This document shows positions 27,082 to 35,890 of a stretch of 64,000 nucleotides of DNA, piece by piece. The notes under the pieces were generated by a model. The model was given only the letters and a program-made list of their open reading frames with translations, made no database searches and had not been told where the DNA came from. Source of the DNA: Treponemataceae bacterium (lineage in GTDB: Bacteria > Spirochaetota > Spirochaetia > Treponematales > Rectinemataceae); the NCBI GenBank assembly GCA_963678065.2, contig CAXXVZ010000003.1:1312001-1376000 (forward strand), read 5' to 3'. Every line of letters starts with the position of its first letter. The first letter of the stretch is position 1. The position numbers and the translations under genes were made by a program.

Positions 27082-27885
27082 TTACAGAGCGCGGGAAGTT
27101 CTCGACTCGGCTTCGCAGCGCGCCGCGATGATGGCGATGCCGTCGAGCACGAGCGTGGGCACGAAGCGGACATGGCCGCAGGCTGCGAGGACGCTCCGGC
27201 CGAGCTCATCGCCGGTGCCGACGACCTCTAAAGTCCCGCTACCGGGCTCGAGCTCTGCCCTCATCCGTTCAAGGATTCGTCCGACCATTCCCTCGTAGCC
27301 GATCAGGATTCCGGACTGGATGGACTGCACCGTCGTGCGCCCTATGACTCTCGCGGGGCATTCCACGTTGACGAGGGGCAGCTGGGCCGTCGACTTCCGG
27401 AGGGCGTAGACCGAGGCTTCGATGCCGGGAGCGATGACCACACCCTCGAACTCGCCGCGGGAATTGATCGCGGAAAACGTGAGGGCGACGCCCGAATCGA
27501 TGACGATGCAGGCGCCCGCGCAGAGTTCCCTGGCGGCGACGGCCGCGCAGACAAGGTCGGCACCGACTTCGGAGGGCAGGTCGGTGCGGATCTTGAGCCC
27601 TGTCCTGACTCCCGGACCTATTATGCGGGAATCGAATCCGAAGGCCGTCTTGACAGCCTCGGCGATGACGGGTGTGAGGCTGGGCACGACACTCGAAATC
27701 CACGCGCATCCGAGATCGATTCCGTCGAACTGCATGAGTTCATCTGCCGCCGCGGACATGAACATGGCGTACTCGTCCGCCGTTCTCGTCGCCGATGCCC
27801 CGAATCTCTTCACGAGAATCCATGTACCGCCTTCTCTCAAGCCCATAGTCACAAGATTGTTGCGGACATCGACGGCGAGGATCAT
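27082..27885 (-). CDS. coaX: Type III pantothenate kinase
   Basis: ILAVDVRN, SSVVP, EVGADL, IDSGVALTF, I.PGI. Confidence 0.9.
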   Translation of the reverse strand: MILAVDVRNNLVTMGLREGGTWILVKRFGASATRTADEYAMFMSAAADELMQFDGIDLGCAWISSVVPSLTPVIAEAVKTAFGFDSRIIGPGVRTGLKIRTDLPSEVGADLVCAAVAARELCAGACIVIDSGVALTFSAINSRGEFEGVVIAPGIEASVYALRKSTAQLPLVNVECPARVIGRTTVQSIQSGILIGYEGMVGRILERMRAELEPGSGTLEVVGTGDELGRSVLAACGHVRFVPTLVLDGIAIIAARCEAESRTSRAL

Positions 27886-27887
27886 GA

Positions 27888-28556
27888 TTATTTCCCCTCC
27901 TCGTCCGCGAGACGGGCCTTGCGCGATCCGCTTTCGATGCCCATCCAGGCCGCGACGACGGCGGAAGTGAGTATGGCGGCGAGCACAGCCTCGACGAGGC
28001 TGTTGGCCACGAAAACCGAACCCGCGACCGCTATCGGCACTGCCTTGTAGAGGACGAGCGACCCGAGCACCAGGATGGAGTTGGTCAGCGAGCCGGCCAG
28101 CCCCGCCGCGGCCGCGCCGGCGAGCTTGAACTTACCCCGGAACAGGCTGAAGACGGCCCAGGCGGCGAGGCCGACGAGTATCCTCGGCAGCACGGAGACG
28201 AGGGGGTTCACGAAGAACACGTCGATGGGTCCCTGGGGTGAGGTGGCCGCGCGGACGAGACTCGTGAGGCCGAAAATCGCTCCGACGATGGCTCCGACGA
28301 ATGGCCCCTCGAGCACGCCGCCGATGATGGCAGGGACGTGCATGACCGTGAGGGATGCCCCGGCGAGCCAGGGAATGTAGCCTGCCGGCGTGAACATGAG
28401 GGCGACCGATACCGCCCCGAGCGCTCCCGCTATGATGGTTTTGCGCAAGCCGGAAGAGCTCTGGCCCGAGGATGCGCGCGGCTTCGCGGAGGGATCGGAT
28501 GCCGATCCCGTCCCTGATTTTCCCGCCCCGCGGGACTCCGAAGAAAAATCTGACAT
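27888..28556 (-). CDS. ECF transporter S component, probably pantothenate-specific (PanT-like)
   Basis: TPAGYIP...TVMHVPAIIGGVLEGP...NPLVSVLPRIL; directly upstream of coaX. Confidence 0.85.
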   Translation of the reverse strand: MSDFSSESRGAGKSGTGSASDPSAKPRASSGQSSSGLRKTIIAGALGAVSVALMFTPAGYIPWLAGASLTVMHVPAIIGGVLEGPFVGAIVGAIFGLTSLVRAATSPQGPIDVFFVNPLVSVLPRILVGLAAWAVFSLFRGKFKLAGAAAAGLAGSLTNSILVLGSLVLYKAVPIAVAGSVFVANSLVEAVLAAILTSAVVAAWMGIESGSRKARLADEEGK

Positions 28557-28600
28557 AAAAACCTCCCGTCCGGTATCGGCCTTGCGGTCCAATCCGGACT

Positions 28601-29434
28601 TCAGAAGACGTATATATCGAGCGCGAGGGCCAGGACCACGGTGGCGACGAGGCCCGCGCGCGCGACATTCTCTCCGGGAACCATGCGGTATCCCTTGTAT
28701 CTCGATCTCCCGGTTTCAGTGTAGCAGCGGGCTTCCATGGCCTGCGCGAGGCTCTGGGCCCTTTCCAGCGCGCGGACCGTCACCGGCACGAAAAGCGGCA
28801 GGTATGCCCTGGCCTTCGCGATTATGCCCCCCCGCCCCGCCCCGAAATCGGCGCCGCGGGAAGACTGCGCCTTCACGATGTCCTCGATCTCGCCCGCGAT
28901 GATCGGGATGAAGCGGAAAGCCGTCGTGGCCGCGAGGGCAATCCGCTGTGGATGCAGCCCGATACATGAGAAAGGCGCGAGCGAGTCCTCGATCCCGTGG
29001 GCGATTTCCGATTCGGGCGTGACCGATGTGAAGAGCCCTATCACCAGTATGAGGGCGCTTGAACGGACGATGACGAGGGCGGCGGTCCACAGCTCGCGCG
29101 CAGTGACGTCCACGATCCAGAGTCGGAGAAGGACGGCGGAATTGTCTCCCGGCCACGCGAAGACGAGCTGGAGGAGGGCCGCCACGCCGAAGAGAGGCAT
29201 GGCAGGCAGGATTCCCCGCAGAAGGAAGAGGGGGGGAATGCGCGCCGCGACGCCGATCCCGAGAACAAGGAGGAAAAGGAAAACGAGACCGGGCATGCCG
29301 GGAGCCGCGAGGGCGAGAGCGAAAAGGAGAAAGAGTCCCAGATATTTTGTCGCGGGCGTGAAGGCGTGCACAGGAGAGTGTGTGTCGATGAATTGTCCTA
29401 TCGACATGTTTCTGAAAAACTCAAGGCCAGGCAT
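28601..29434 (-). CDS. ecfT: ECF transporter transmembrane T component
   Basis: IGQF...SPVH, RFIP, AQSSRG and AMEARCY motifs. Confidence 0.9.
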   Translation of the reverse strand: MPGLEFFRNMSIGQFIDTHSPVHAFTPATKYLGLFLLFALALAAPGMPGLVFLFLLVLGIGVAARIPPLFLLRGILPAMPLFGVAALLQLVFAWPGDNSAVLLRLWIVDVTARELWTAALVIVRSSALILVIGLFTSVTPESEIAHGIEDSLAPFSCIGLHPQRIALAATTAFRFIPIIAGEIEDIVKAQSSRGADFGAGRGGIIAKARAYLPLFVPVTVRALERAQSLAQAMEARCYTETGRSRYKGYRMVPGENVARAGLVATVVLALALDIYVF

Positions 29435-31295
29435 CGGAGCCTCCCCGGGCATCGTTCCGCCCGTCCCGGCCGGCGAGTTCGGCCGCAAGGCCATCGATAT
29501 CGAGGGGCAGGCTGCCGTCCGCCCGCGCGAGGCCAAGCCCCTGCGCGACCTCGGCGGCGAATGGCCTCGCGATCCCCCAGTCCGGATCGTAGAGCTCACC
29601 GAAAATCCGCTCAGGCCTGTCGAAAGCGACGAGGTGGCCGTCTGCGAACACTCCCACGAGAGTGGCCATCGCGGCCTCTTCCATCGAATGCGTTATCATG
29701 ACGAGGCTCCGCGTGCCATGAGTCCCGGCGCCGGGACTCTGCCCGTCGGGCTTCTGCCCCCCTCCGGCCGAAGTCGCGATGAGGCCCATGACGGAGCGCC
29801 GCGTGACAGGATCGAGCGCCGAGCCGGGCTCGTCGAGCAGGATCGCCTCGCTCTCCATCGCGAAGACTCCGGCGAGCGCGAGCCTCCGCTTCTCTCCTCC
29901 CGAAAGCGATCGGGTCGGCCTGTCGCGGAATGCCTCGAAGGGAAGGCCAAAGGTATCCATCCATGAGGAAACCCGGGTCACGAGTTCTTTCCCGGTGAGG
30001 CCGAGATTCCGCGGCCCGAACGCGACATCGTCGCCGGAATGGAACTCGAAGAGGGCAGTCTCCGGTCTCTGGATGGCCATGGGAGCCCGCAGCCGGAGCG
30101 CGCGGATCGGATTGTCACCGGAGGCCCTGTTCCGTCGCCTGAAAATGCCCAAAACCCGCCCGCCCTCGCCGCTTCCCGGCGCCGCGATTCCCGTCCGGGT
30201 GTCGAGCCCGAAGGCGCTCACCTTGCCCGAATCGGGCCTGCTGAGGGCGTTCATGAGCGAAAGGACACTCGATTTGCCCGATCCCGTCCTCCCCACGAAG
30301 GCGACGAGGCCACCCCGGGGAATCGAGAAGCTCACTGTGTCGACGGCGAGCTTTTCGTTGAGGGTCCCCTTGAGCCACGAGAAGGAGACCGAATCGAAGC
30401 TGAACGCGGGTTCACCGGAAGGGCCCGGGGTGGCGGTTCCGGAGGCCGAGCTCTTCCTCTCCCCTTCGCGGGGGAAAAGCGGCACGAGCCCAGCCTTCAG
30501 TATGCGCCGGACGAGACTGGCTGCGGATTCGCCCGCGACGGGCGCGAGTCCGAGGGTCGAGGCAAGCCGGACCTCAGGCGGGAACTCGAGCCCGAAGGCG
30601 TCCGGGTCCTTCGTCGCGAAAAAGTCGGAAGGCGCACCGTCGTAGACGAGCTCTCCGGACTTGAGGACGACGAGGCGCTGGGCACGCGCGGCCTCGCCCA
30701 TATCGTGGGTCACGTGGATTATGGATATTCCCTCCGAGACGAGTCTGTCCATTATCGCGAGAACTTCGGCTCTCGCTCCGGGGTCGAGCATGGCCGTGGC
30801 CTCGTCGAAGGCGATGCACGAAGGCCGCATGGCCAGGGCTCCCGCGATGGCGAGTCTCTGCTGCTGGCCCGCGGAGAGGAAGCGCGTAGGCTTGAGCCGC
30901 TCCTTGGCGAGTCCCACCGCGGCGAGGCTCGACTCGATCCGGGGCTCCATCTCTTCCGGCGAAAGCCCGAGGTTTTCGCAGCCGAAAGCCACGTCGTCCT
31001 CCACGACCGAGGACACGATCTGGTCCGCGGGAGACTGGAACACGAGGGCGATCCGGGATCGCACGGAGAGATCGGATGCCTGGCCCGCGATGCTTTCCCC
31101 GTCGACGAGTACGCTTCCCGAGTCAGGCCTGAGGAGGCCCGCCATGAGTCTGAGCAAGGTGCTCTTGCCAGAGCCGTTGGAGCCCGCGATTGCGAGGTAT
31201 TCTCCTCTCGCGACGGAGAGGTTGATGTTTCTGAGCGCATTCCCGGTTCCGGTTCCGTAGGCGAAGCCGACCGAATTCAACTCGAGAAATGTCAT
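29421..31295 (-). CDS. ECF transporter fused double ATPase (EcfA-A')
   Basis: Two NBDs: GSNGSGKS/LSAGQQQR/FDEAT and GRTGSGKS/LSGGEKRR/LDEP. Confidence 0.9.
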   Translation of the reverse strand: MTFLELNSVGFAYGTGTGNALRNINLSVARGEYLAIAGSNGSGKSTLLRLMAGLLRPDSGSVLVDGESIAGQASDLSVRSRIALVFQSPADQIVSSVVEDDVAFGCENLGLSPEEMEPRIESSLAAVGLAKERLKPTRFLSAGQQQRLAIAGALAMRPSCIAFDEATAMLDPGARAEVLAIMDRLVSEGISIIHVTHDMGEAARAQRLVVLKSGELVYDGAPSDFFATKDPDAFGLEFPPEVRLASTLGLAPVAGESAASLVRRILKAGLVPLFPREGERKSSASGTATPGPSGEPAFSFDSVSFSWLKGTLNEKLAVDTVSFSIPRGGLVAFVGRTGSGKSSVLSLMNALSRPDSGKVSAFGLDTRTGIAAPGSGEGGRVLGIFRRRNRASGDNPIRALRLRAPMAIQRPETALFEFHSGDDVAFGPRNLGLTGKELVTRVSSWMDTFGLPFEAFRDRPTRSLSGGEKRRLALAGVFAMESEAILLDEPGSALDPVTRRSVMGLIATSAGGGQKPDGQSPGAGTHGTRSLVMITHSMEEAAMATLVGVFADGHLVAFDRPERIFGELYDPDWGIARPFAAEVAQGLGLARADGSLPLDIDGLAAELAGRDGRNDARGGSDAWP

Positions 31296-31336
31296 GAGTG
31301 CCCGTCTTGTCGAGACGGGTCGACGATTCCGTTCAT
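31292..31336 (-). other. Candidate 14-aa leader uORF (MNGIVDPSRQDGHS) coupled to the ECF ATPase start
   Basis: GGAG SD 7 nt before ATG 31336. Its TGA overlaps the ATPase ATG (ATGA). Confidence 0.4.
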
Positions 31337-31381
31337 ATTTTTACTCCGCGTCCCGGCGACGATGCGTCCAGGCGCACTCAT

Positions 31382-31410
31382 AATCTAGACAATTTCCGCG
31401 GATCTGTAAA
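31382..31410 (-). promoter_or_regulatory. sigma70 promoter for the ECF-coaX operon
   Basis: TTTACA-17 bp-TAGATT. Confidence 0.55.
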
Positions 31411-31509
31411 GTGCGACGATGCCATGGCAATGTCGTGGCGATGCGAAGCGATGTCGGGTGCGCGCGGATTGACCGGTCCTCGGTTCCACGGCTACTTTTA
31501 GTGTAGATT

Positions 31510-33084
31510 ATGGAAACGACCGCCTGGATCGATGGAAATTTTCTCACACTGGATCCCTTCAAACCCCGCGCGAAGGCCCTCCTCGTGCGGGACGGAGTGA
31601 TCGCCTTCGCGGGAAGTTCCGCGGATACCCTCGCCCTCGCCGGCCGCGATGCGCGGATTCGAAAGCTCGGCGGAAAAACCGTCGTCCCGGGATTCAACGA
31701 CAATCACGTCCACGCCGTTTTCATGGGGGACCACGCCCTCGCCCTCGATCTCGGAGGCTTGGATGCGCGCGCCATCGTCGAGCTGCTCAAAGAGCATTTT
31801 CCTTCACCCGAACCGGGAATCGTCCTTCGAGCCTTCAACTGGGATTACCCGGCCTGCCCGGAGCCGCGCAAGGAAGTCCTCGACAGAGCTTTCCCGCGCA
31901 ACCCCGTCGTCCTGGGTCAATTCTCCGGCCACGCCCAGTGGCTCAACTCCGCGGCCCTGCGGGTCCTCGGAATAGCGAAGGGCAGTCCCGATCCCGCGCA
32001 GGGACAAATCCTTCGCGACACCGACGGCGAACCGACCGGCATTGTCCGGGACCTCGGGGAGACCATACTCTCGAGGATGCGGGTGCGGCAGAACTACTAC
32101 CGGGCCTCCGAGCGCGAACCGCGGCTCGCCATCGCCCTCGAGACCTTCAGGAAATACGGCGTCACATCCATCCAGGACAACACCTGGTACTACCCGCAGA
32201 TTGCAAGCCTCGTCAGGCTCCACGCCGAAGGACGGCTTTGCACGAGATTCTCGATCTGGTCCCTCGGCCGGGTTCCGTACAGCATACGCGCCCTGGACCG
32301 CGCCCTCCGGCGACTTTCCCCGGCAGAGAAGGACTGGATCATGCCGGGGCCCGTCAAGTATTTCCTGGACGGGGCCTTCTCCACGCGGACGGCCTGCCTC
32401 TGCGAGCCCTACGCAGACGATCCCGCAAAGGGCATGTGCTCCGAGCCCGCCGAGCCCCGGGCCGAACTGGAATACCTCGCGAGGAGCCGCCGCCGAGGAG
32501 CCTTCCACATAATCGGCGACCGGGGTATCCGCATTTTTCTCGACACGGCCGAGGCGGTGTGGAAACGTCACCCCGAGATGCGGGAGAGGCGCATCAGGAT
32601 CGAGCACGCGCAGCTCATCCAGGAACGGGACATAGAGAGGATCAAGAAGCTCGGTATCCTCGTCGCCGCCCAGCCTTCCGCCCTCGGCAGCCCGGAAAAG
32701 GACGAGGGGCTCCTCGGAAAGGAACGAGCGGCGCGGGCCTATCCGTACCGCTCTCTGCTCGAAGCGGGAGTTCCCCTCTCCTTCGGCTCGGACATACCGG
32801 GTGAATCGACCTGCGATCCGATCGCGTCGATCCACATGGCGGTCAACCGCGAGAGCCCCGAGCGGATAGGCGTCATGGATGCCCTGCGCTGCTACACGGA
32901 AGGAAGCGCCTACGCCGAGTGCGCAGAGGACCGGAAGGGGTCGCTGAGGAAAGGCATGCTCGCGGACTTCGCCGTCCTTTCGGAGGACATCTCCTCCGTA
33001 GCGCCGGAAAGGATCAGGGACATACGGGTCCTCGAGACCGTTACCGGCGGCGTCTCCGTCTTCGCGACCTCCCCGGGCGTCTGA
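31510..33084 (+). CDS. Amidohydrolase-3 (YtcJ-like) metal-dependent hydrolase
   Basis: PGFNDNHVH, SGHAQWLNS, KYFLDG, FHIIGD, RIEHAQ, FGSD, LADFAVLS. Confidence 0.9.
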   Translation: METTAWIDGNFLTLDPFKPRAKALLVRDGVIAFAGSSADTLALAGRDARIRKLGGKTVVPGFNDNHVHAVFMGDHALALDLGGLDARAIVELLKEHFPSPEPGIVLRAFNWDYPACPEPRKEVLDRAFPRNPVVLGQFSGHAQWLNSAALRVLGIAKGSPDPAQGQILRDTDGEPTGIVRDLGETILSRMRVRQNYYRASEREPRLAIALETFRKYGVTSIQDNTWYYPQIASLVRLHAEGRLCTRFSIWSLGRVPYSIRALDRALRRLSPAEKDWIMPGPVKYFLDGAFSTRTACLCEPYADDPAKGMCSEPAEPRAELEYLARSRRRGAFHIIGDRGIRIFLDTAEAVWKRHPEMRERRIRIEHAQLIQERDIERIKKLGILVAAQPSALGSPEKDEGLLGKERAARAYPYRSLLEAGVPLSFGSDIPGESTCDPIASIHMAVNRESPERIGVMDALRCYTEGSAYAECAEDRKGSLRKGMLADFAVLSEDISSVAPERIRDIRVLETVTGGVSVFATSPGV

Positions 33085-33201
33085 AGAACAATTCCGCGTC
33101 GGATCGGGTCTGCGCCACATCGGCCTGTGCCGGATCGGGCCCTGAGCCCGACAGCTCCGGCGCAGGCCGTCCGCATGGGGAACGGAACTCGGGAACTGGT
33201 C

Positions 33202-34116
33202 TCAGATCGACGCGAAGGCCGCGGCGATGGCTGCCGCGAGACGGGCGTTGTTGAGAACGAGCGCGATGTTGGACTCGAGACTCTCGCCGTCAGTGAGTTC
33301 CTTGACTTTCCCGAGGAGGAAGGGAGTCACTTCCTTGCCCTTCACGCCGGCGAGGGCAGCCGCCGCGAGGGCGGTCTCGATGGCCGCGCCGATCTCCTCC
33401 GGCTCCATGGAATATTCGGCCGGGATGGGGTTGGCGATGACGACGCCTCCTGCGAGTCCCATGCTCCATTTTGCCGAAAGGAGGCGGGCGATCTCTTCGG
33501 GACTGTCCGCCCGCTCTTCCAGCGCGAGGCCGGAGCGGCTCGTGTAGAAGGCCGGAAGCTCGGAAATCCCGTAGCCCAGGACGGGCACGCCCTTGGTTTC
33601 GAGGTACTCGAGGGTCTTGGGCAGGTCGAGTATGGCCTTGGCGCCCGCGCAGATGACGGCGACGCTCGTGCGGCCGAGTTCCTCGAGGTCGGCGGAGACG
33701 TCCCAGCTCGATTCGGCGCCCCGGTGGACGCCGCCGATGCCGCCCGTCGCGAATATCCTGATGCCCGCGAGGTCGGCGATGATCATGGTGGCTGCCACCG
33801 TCGTCGCGCCGGTGCGGCCGTCGGCGACGAGGCGCGGCAGGTCGCGGCGCGAAGCCTTGACGATATCCCTGCCGCCGCGGGCGAGGACCTCGATTTCGTC
33901 GCGGGAGAGGCCGGCCTTGAGCCTGCCGCCGATGACAGCGATTGTCGCGGGTGTGGCGCCCGCTTCCCGGACCGCGGACTCGACCCGGAGCGCCGTCTCG
34001 AGGTTCTGGGGATAGGGCATGCCGTGGCTGATGATCGTCGACTCGAGGGCGACGACGGGCTTGCCGGCCGCGAGGGCCGACGCGACTTCGGGTGAGAGGT
34101 CAAGATAGCGGTTCAT
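33202..34116 (-). CDS. psuG: Pseudouridine-5'-phosphate glycosidase
   Basis: VVALESTIISHGMPYPQN, GATTVAATM, FATGGIGGVHRG, KEVTPFLL. Confidence 0.96.
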   Translation of the reverse strand: MNRYLDLSPEVASALAAGKPVVALESTIISHGMPYPQNLETALRVESAVREAGATPATIAVIGGRLKAGLSRDEIEVLARGGRDIVKASRRDLPRLVADGRTGATTVAATMIIADLAGIRIFATGGIGGVHRGAESSWDVSADLEELGRTSVAVICAGAKAILDLPKTLEYLETKGVPVLGYGISELPAFYTSRSGLALEERADSPEEIARLLSAKWSMGLAGGVVIANPIPAEYSMEPEEIGAAIETALAAAALAGVKGKEVTPFLLGKVKELTDGESLESNIALVLNNARLAAAIAAAFASI

Positions 34117-35215
34117 GGGTGACTCCTTGCGCGATTTCCGATATGGCCGCGGCGGACAGGCCGGGATGGACGGTGAAGGGTGACGAGGCGCAGAGCGCAG
34201 CCGCCGCGAGGGCGAAGGCCGCCTTGCCGGAAAGACTGTAACCGGCGAGACTGGCCCACACGAGGGCCGCGCAGGCGGCATCCCCCGCCCCGGACACGTT
34301 GACGACGGGTGGGAAGCCCAGGCCGGCGTCGGGTCCGCCGGCAGGCCCGGAACGAAAGGCGGGACGAAGCCCGGGGCTGGCGATCCCCGCGACGCTCCCG
34401 TCGCTGTAAAAGAGCCCGGAGGCTCCCAATGAGATGAAGAGCTCACCGAGTCCCTTCCCGTGAAGCCCCCGGGCAAGAGGCAAAAGGCCGGCTTCGTCGT
34501 CGCCAGGACCGTCGCGGGAGCCGGCGAGGTCGCTGCATTCGCTGCCGATTCCGGCCAGCACCTCGGCTTCCACCCTGTTGGGCTTGGCGCAGTCAAATGC
34601 GCCGACGAAGGGAACGGCGCGGAGGGCCTTCGCGGCGGAAACCGGATCGAGGAAGAGCCGGGGAAACTGAGGGCGCGACGGCAGCTGGCCAGCGGATTCG
34701 GTCGCGCCCGCGCCCCGTCGGGGGAATTTTCTGCCGTACCGCGCGGCGAGCCAGCCGATGGCCCCGGCCGGGATGTTCGCGTCGACGACGATGGCCGAGG
34801 CTGAATCCAGGAGGGCGCGGCGCGTTTCCAGAAAGGCGACCGACAGCCGCTCAAAGGCATCCATGGCGGCCACCGCTCCCTCGAGGCTGCCATCGGGCCC
34901 GAGAAGGCAGACGTAGTGGGAACAGGCGGCCCCTTCCAGATTCAGCGCTCCCGAAAGCCCGATGCCGAGACGGGCGCATGAATCGCGCAGCATGGCAGAC
35001 GACGCGTCGTCCCCGAGAACGGTCACGAGTTCGGTCGGCAGGCCGAGTCGCACCAGGTTTTCGGCTATGTTCCGCCCCACTCCCCCGGGCACCATGGAGA
35101 CAGAGCCCGGATTGGAGTCGCCCCGGCGGAAGGCTCCGTAGCTCGCGGCCTGTATGTCGAGATTGATGCCGCCGACCACGACCACCGGTCCGGGCATTGA
35201 TGCGGCCCCGTTCAT
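34100..35215 (-). CDS. psuK: PfkB-family kinase, probable pseudouridine kinase
   Basis: GDSNPG...PGGVGRNIAENL, KPNRVEA, VNVSGAGDA; overlaps psuG. Confidence 0.85.
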   Translation of the reverse strand: MNGAASMPGPVVVVGGINLDIQAASYGAFRRGDSNPGSVSMVPGGVGRNIAENLVRLGLPTELVTVLGDDASSAMLRDSCARLGIGLSGALNLEGAACSHYVCLLGPDGSLEGAVAAMDAFERLSVAFLETRRALLDSASAIVVDANIPAGAIGWLAARYGRKFPRRGAGATESAGQLPSRPQFPRLFLDPVSAAKALRAVPFVGAFDCAKPNRVEAEVLAGIGSECSDLAGSRDGPGDDEAGLLPLARGLHGKGLGELFISLGASGLFYSDGSVAGIASPGLRPAFRSGPAGGPDAGLGFPPVVNVSGAGDAACAALVWASLAGYSLSGKAAFALAAAALCASSPFTVHPGLSAAAISEIAQGVTHEPLS

Positions 35216-35261
35216 GAGGTACATTCCTTCATTATATCGATTCCGTCCGGCGAGGTTTCAT

Positions 35262-35816
35262 GTGGACCAGATTTTCGACCGTCTTGAAAGATTGATCAAG
35301 TCCTGGGTGACCATGGACGAGGGAGACTCGGGCATCGGAGGCCATTTCGGGCGATCCTCGGCTGCAGGCAGAAAGCACGGCACGGGAGATCCCGATCTCG
35401 ACGCGGCCATGAACGAGCTCGACGATTTTCTCGACTCGAGCAGGACCGCGACCGAAGAGCGGGAGCGCAGCGAATCCGCCGAACGCGAGCGTCGGGCGCG
35501 CATGGAGCGCGAGCGCGCCTCCCGTCATGGCGGATACGGTTCGGGCTCCTACGGTCAGACCGGCCAGGGATTTTCGGCCCAGGCGGAAGCCCGCCGGGCC
35601 CTCGAGGGCGCCTACTCGACCCTCGGCCTGCCCTACGGCGCCCCCTTCGTCGACGTGAAGATCGCCTACAAGAAGCTTCTCAAAATACACCACCCCGACC
35701 TCAACGCTCAGACGCCTGAGAGCCTGAAGCGCGCGACGGCCGTCTCCTCCCGAATCAACGTCGCCTACCAGATGATCGAGGCCTGGGAGCAGTCGGGGCG
35801 CAGGACCATAGGCTGA
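35262..35816 (+). CDS. C-terminal J-domain (DnaJ-like) protein
   Basis: AYSTLGL...VKIAYKKLLKIHHPD...INVAY. GTG start with GAGG SD. Confidence 0.85.
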   Translation: MDQIFDRLERLIKSWVTMDEGDSGIGGHFGRSSAAGRKHGTGDPDLDAAMNELDDFLDSSRTATEERERSESAERERRARMERERASRHGGYGSGSYGQTGQGFSAQAEARRALEGAYSTLGLPYGAPFVDVKIAYKKLLKIHHPDLNAQTPESLKRATAVSSRINVAYQMIEAWEQSGRRTIG

Positions 35817-35890
35817 AGCGATCCTGAGGGCTCCGGCCGGCTCATCGCCGGCGGGCATCCTGCATGCGCATGCCCGTCCGGCGCGACTCT

